Positions 60,905 through 64,000 of a stretch of DNA of 64,000 bases are shown here, in pieces. The position numbers and the translations under genes are program-made. The DNA is taken from positions 224,001 through 288,000 of the forward strand of contig JAHPZE010000001.1 of assembly GCA_019058365.1 (NCBI GenBank). The letters are read 5' to 3'. The notes beneath the pieces were generated by a model. That model was given only the letters and a program-made list of their open reading frames with translations, did no database searches and had not been told where the DNA came from. How positions within the stretch are numbered: the stretch's first letter is position 1; every line of letters begins with the position of its first letter. The stretch is from Promethearchaeota archaeon. GTDB lineage: Archaea; Asgardarchaeota; Lokiarchaeia; Sigyniarchaeales; SOKP01.

Positions 60905-63310
60905 ATGATTTCAATAACTAATAGCTCATTAGGAAGAATACAGAAGTTAAAAAATAACCTCCTTGCAAGCAAGTATGAATTATGTATCGAACGTATGAGG
61001 TATTTTACTGAGATTTATAAAAAATATCCTAATGATCCAGAAATTATAAAAAGAGCAAAAGCTATAGCTCATACTCTAAAGAACATGACAATTTTCATTA
61101 GGAATAATGAATTACTAGTAGGGAATGAAACCAGCAAAAATTTAGGAGAAAAAATTAACTTAGATTTACTTAGATATGATAATAGTTTAGACAAACCTAG
61201 TATGTACAAAAAATTAGCGAGAAGAAAACTACAACCTTTTTTTATTGAAGATGATGAACGTGATGAGCTATTAGAGTTGATTCCTTTCTGGAAAGGAAAA
61301 TCTCTGGTTGCTGATAAAATTAATAAAAGACTCTTAAAAGAGGGATTAATTACGGGAACAGGAAAGATTGAATCACTAGCACCTAATATTGCCATACATC
61401 AAGGAACAACTGAAGGCCACATATGCGCGGGATACGAAAAGCTTTTGAAGTCAGGATATAAAGGTATTATAAAAGAAGCAGAATTCTATCAAAAACACCT
61501 CAATAAAAAGGACGATAATTTTCAAGACAAATACAATTTTTATGAAGCCATTAAAATTTACTATAATGCCACAATAGAATTATCTAAAAGATATTCGAAT
61601 CTAGCGTTAAATCTAGCTAAAAATGAAACAGACGATGCTAGAAAAGTTGAACTAGAAGTTATTAGTAAGATAATGCAAAAATTCACTGAAAATCCTCCAA
61701 ATACTTTCTATGAAGCTATACAACATATATGGTTTTCACAAAATGTAACAAATATTATATATCAACGTAGTGTTCTTGCTTTAGGTCGATTAGATCAACT
61801 TTTGTGGCCATATTATCAAAAAGACATCTCATCAAATAATTTATCGCGCAAATTTGCATTAGAATTAATAGAAGAGTTAAATTTAAAATTAACTTGGAAT
61901 TTAACCCTATTACCAACGGATTTTACAATGGTTGCTAACGCTCTCGGTCAAAATACTCAAACAATTACAATATCTGGCATGGATATTAATGGCCGAGATG
62001 CTACAAACGAACTCTCTTATCTCTTCCTCGAAGCTTATAAATCCATAAAAGTATTTACCACAGATTTATCAGTTAGAATTCATAAAAATACCCCAAAAGA
62101 ATTTTTTAAAGAGGCTATAAGAGTTTTCAGAACAACCTCGGGCATCGCATTTTATAATGATAATGTGCATATTCCTGCCTTAGTTAAAGCAGGATATTCA
62201 TTAGAAGATGCTCGTAATTATGTTATTATTGGATGTGTAGAACCCACAGGTCAAGGTAACAGCTTTTCTGCTACAGGTAGAATGTTTATGAACTTACCAG
62301 GAGTTTTAGAATTAGTTTTAAATAATGGTTATAGTAATTTATCAAAAATGGTAGATGGGTTACAAACTGGTGATCCAGCAACATTTTTGACGTTTGATAA
62401 ATTGTATGATGCTTTTAAACAACAACTACAATTTAATCTTGAAAAGTCAGTAAAAATAGCACAAATAGGAGATGAGGAAGCAATGAAATTTATGCAGCAT
62501 CCTTTTATTTCAGCCAGTTTGGAAGGATGTATGGAAAACGGAATAGATTATGTATGCGGAGGTGCTAAATATAATTTTTCTTCTATTACTGCATATGGTT
62601 TTGCGACATTAGTTGATTCATTATATAACATCAAAAAGGTTGTTTATGAAGAAAATTTAATGACTCTACCAGAGCTTATTGAGATACTAAACTCCAATTT
62701 TGAAGGGCAAGAAACACTGCTCCAAAGATTAAAAAATAAGTATGAAAAATGGGGAAATGATAATGAAGAAATCGATTCTTTTGCTAATGATCTATGGGAC
62801 TTATTTAGTACTGAAGTTGCAAAATATCAACCAATTAGAAGGGGACGATATAGTGCTGGAGCTTATTCAATGGGAATCCACGTAATGGAAGGTTTTTTTA
62901 CCCAACCAACAGCAGACGGTAGAAAAGCTATGGAACCAATCTCAAATAGTTTATCTCCGGTAAATAACGTGGAAAAAAAGGGACTTACAGCAATTCTTAA
63001 TTCAGTAGCAAAATTAGATTATAATTATGCTACTAATGGCATTGCTTTAAATATTCGAATCCATCCTCAAAATCTTTTGAGTGAGGAAACTTTGGATAAG
63101 TTTTATTATCTTTTAAAAGGATATTTTGAGAAGGGAGGGATGCAAGTACAACCAACAGCAGTTTCAACTGAAACTTTAAGGGAGGCTCAAAAGAATCCTG
63201 AAAAATTTCCTGATTTAATTGTAAAAGTTGGTGGATATAATGCAACTTTTATCGATCTCGGAACTCCGATTCAAAATGATATCATTGATAGATTAGAACA
63301 TAATCTATAA
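60905..63310 (+). CDS. Glycyl radical enzyme, PFL2/eliminase-type, substrate unknown
   Basis: GRLDQ, Cys loop IGCVEP, TADGR, GGMQVQ, Gly loop DLIVKVGGYN. Confidence 0.9.
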   Translation: MISITNSSLGRIQKLKNNLLASKYELCIERMRYFTEIYKKYPNDPEIIKRAKAIAHTLKNMTIFIRNNELLVGNETSKNLGEKINLDLLRYDNSLDKPSMYKKLARRKLQPFFIEDDERDELLELIPFWKGKSLVADKINKRLLKEGLITGTGKIESLAPNIAIHQGTTEGHICAGYEKLLKSGYKGIIKEAEFYQKHLNKKDDNFQDKYNFYEAIKIYYNATIELSKRYSNLALNLAKNETDDARKVELEVISKIMQKFTENPPNTFYEAIQHIWFSQNVTNIIYQRSVLALGRLDQLLWPYYQKDISSNNLSRKFALELIEELNLKLTWNLTLLPTDFTMVANALGQNTQTITISGMDINGRDATNELSYLFLEAYKSIKVFTTDLSVRIHKNTPKEFFKEAIRVFRTTSGIAFYNDNVHIPALVKAGYSLEDARNYVIIGCVEPTGQGNSFSATGRMFMNLPGVLELVLNNGYSNLSKMVDGLQTGDPATFLTFDKLYDAFKQQLQFNLEKSVKIAQIGDEEAMKFMQHPFISASLEGCMENGIDYVCGGAKYNFSSITAYGFATLVDSLYNIKKVVYEENLMTLPELIEILNSNFEGQETLLQRLKNKYEKWGNDNEEIDSFANDLWDLFSTEVAKYQPIRRGRYSAGAYSMGIHVMEGFFTQPTADGRKAMEPISNSLSPVNNVEKKGLTAILNSVAKLDYNYATNGIALNIRIHPQNLLSEETLDKFYYLLKGYFEKGGMQVQPTAVSTETLREAQKNPEKFPDLIVKVGGYNATFIDLGTPIQNDIIDRLEHNL

Positions 63311-63406
63311 CTTCTTAGACTAATAGGGTTAAAAAATTTGATGGATTTATTAATTTAAATTATTATTTTAATTAGAAAAGTAAAAAATACTTTATTGGGA
63401 TATTTT

Positions 63407-64000
63407 ATGACTGAAATTCATGGTTTTTGTAATGAAAAATTCAAACTCGTTAGGGAGGCTTTCTTAAAAAATTTTGAGGAAGGTTTAGAAGTTGGTGCCT
63501 CATTTTGTGTAACTTTAAATGGTAAATTTGTTATTGATATCTGGGCGGGGTATGCTAATGCTTCCAAAACGCAATCTTGGGAAAAAAATACGATAGTAAA
63601 TGTATTTTCAACAACCAAAATTATGACAGTAATTTGCACCCTTATGCTTGTGGATCAAGATCTTTTAGAACTCGATGCACCTGTTTCTAAATACTGGCCA
63701 GAATTTGCTCAAGGAGGAAAAGAATTATTACCTGTTCGATACCTTCTTAGTCATACCGCAGGACTTTCTGGATTCGATAAAACACCCCGAACTAAAGTCC
63801 TTTATAACTGGGAGAAAATTACAAACATGCTAGCAGCACAGAGGCCATGGTGGGAGCCTGGAACAAAAAGTGGTTATCATCTTGTAACTTTTGGTTACCT
63901 TTTGGGCGAATTAATACTTCGAATTACAGGGAAAACGGTTGGTACATTTTTTAAAGAAAATGTAGCTGGGCCTCTAAAAGCCGATTTTCATATCGGACTT
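63407..64000 (+). CDS. Serine hydrolase, beta-lactamase class C/esterase family (partial, runs off window)
   Basis: MTEIHGFCNEKF...DIWAG...VFSTTK (SxxK), YWPEFAQ, LLSHTAGL, PWWEPG..SGYH. Confidence 0.9.
   Translation, partial: MTEIHGFCNEKFKLVREAFLKNFEEGLEVGASFCVTLNGKFVIDIWAGYANASKTQSWEKNTIVNVFSTTKIMTVICTLMLVDQDLLELDAPVSKYWPEFAQGGKELLPVRYLLSHTAGLSGFDKTPRTKVLYNWEKITNMLAAQRPWWEPGTKSGYHLVTFGYLLGELILRITGKTVGTFFKENVAGPLKADFHIGL

Noticed and set aside
1342-63639. Numerous short antisense or nested ORFs in the track (e.g. 1342-1617, 3152-3388, 15775-16101, 30841-31110, 61069-61395, 63418-63639)
   Set aside because: They lie within well-supported genes and show no motifs.

Overview
AT-rich, gene-dense archaeal chromosome segment, most consistent with an Asgard archaeon (Lokiarchaeia-like). 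Evidence: a profilin-like domain, two roadblock/LC7 proteins, C4HC3 RING proteins, a vWA-RING protein, archaeal-type MetRS, methanogen-type HdrABC, GGTGA-type Shine-Dalgarno motifs and oligo-T terminators. About 60 CDS were identified; no rRNA, tRNA, CRISPR array, transposase or integrase was seen. The centrepiece is a ~10 kb co-oriented cluster (28370-38249) divergent from an Lrp regulator: tusA-dsrE-dsrF-dsrH-dsrE2-like-hdrC-hdrB-hdrA-mvhD-[MvhG fused to a Cys-less MvhA-like remnant]-[FrhB with an inserted GltD/NfnB-like module plus HTH]-tusA. It looks like a hydrogenase-free, F420/NAD(P)H-linked Hdr complex coupled to protein sulfur carriers. Other notable items: a profilin-methyltransferase fusion; interleaved diverged copies of two gene 3' ends bracketing a sugar-porter/glucoamylase cassette; a split Pls-like membrane LbH pair; an Ssl1/p44-like vWA-RING protein; a divergent RtcB-like protein; an unassigned glycyl radical enzyme; and two small ORFs missed by the ORF track. 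All homology calls come from motif recognition by eye, not from database searches.
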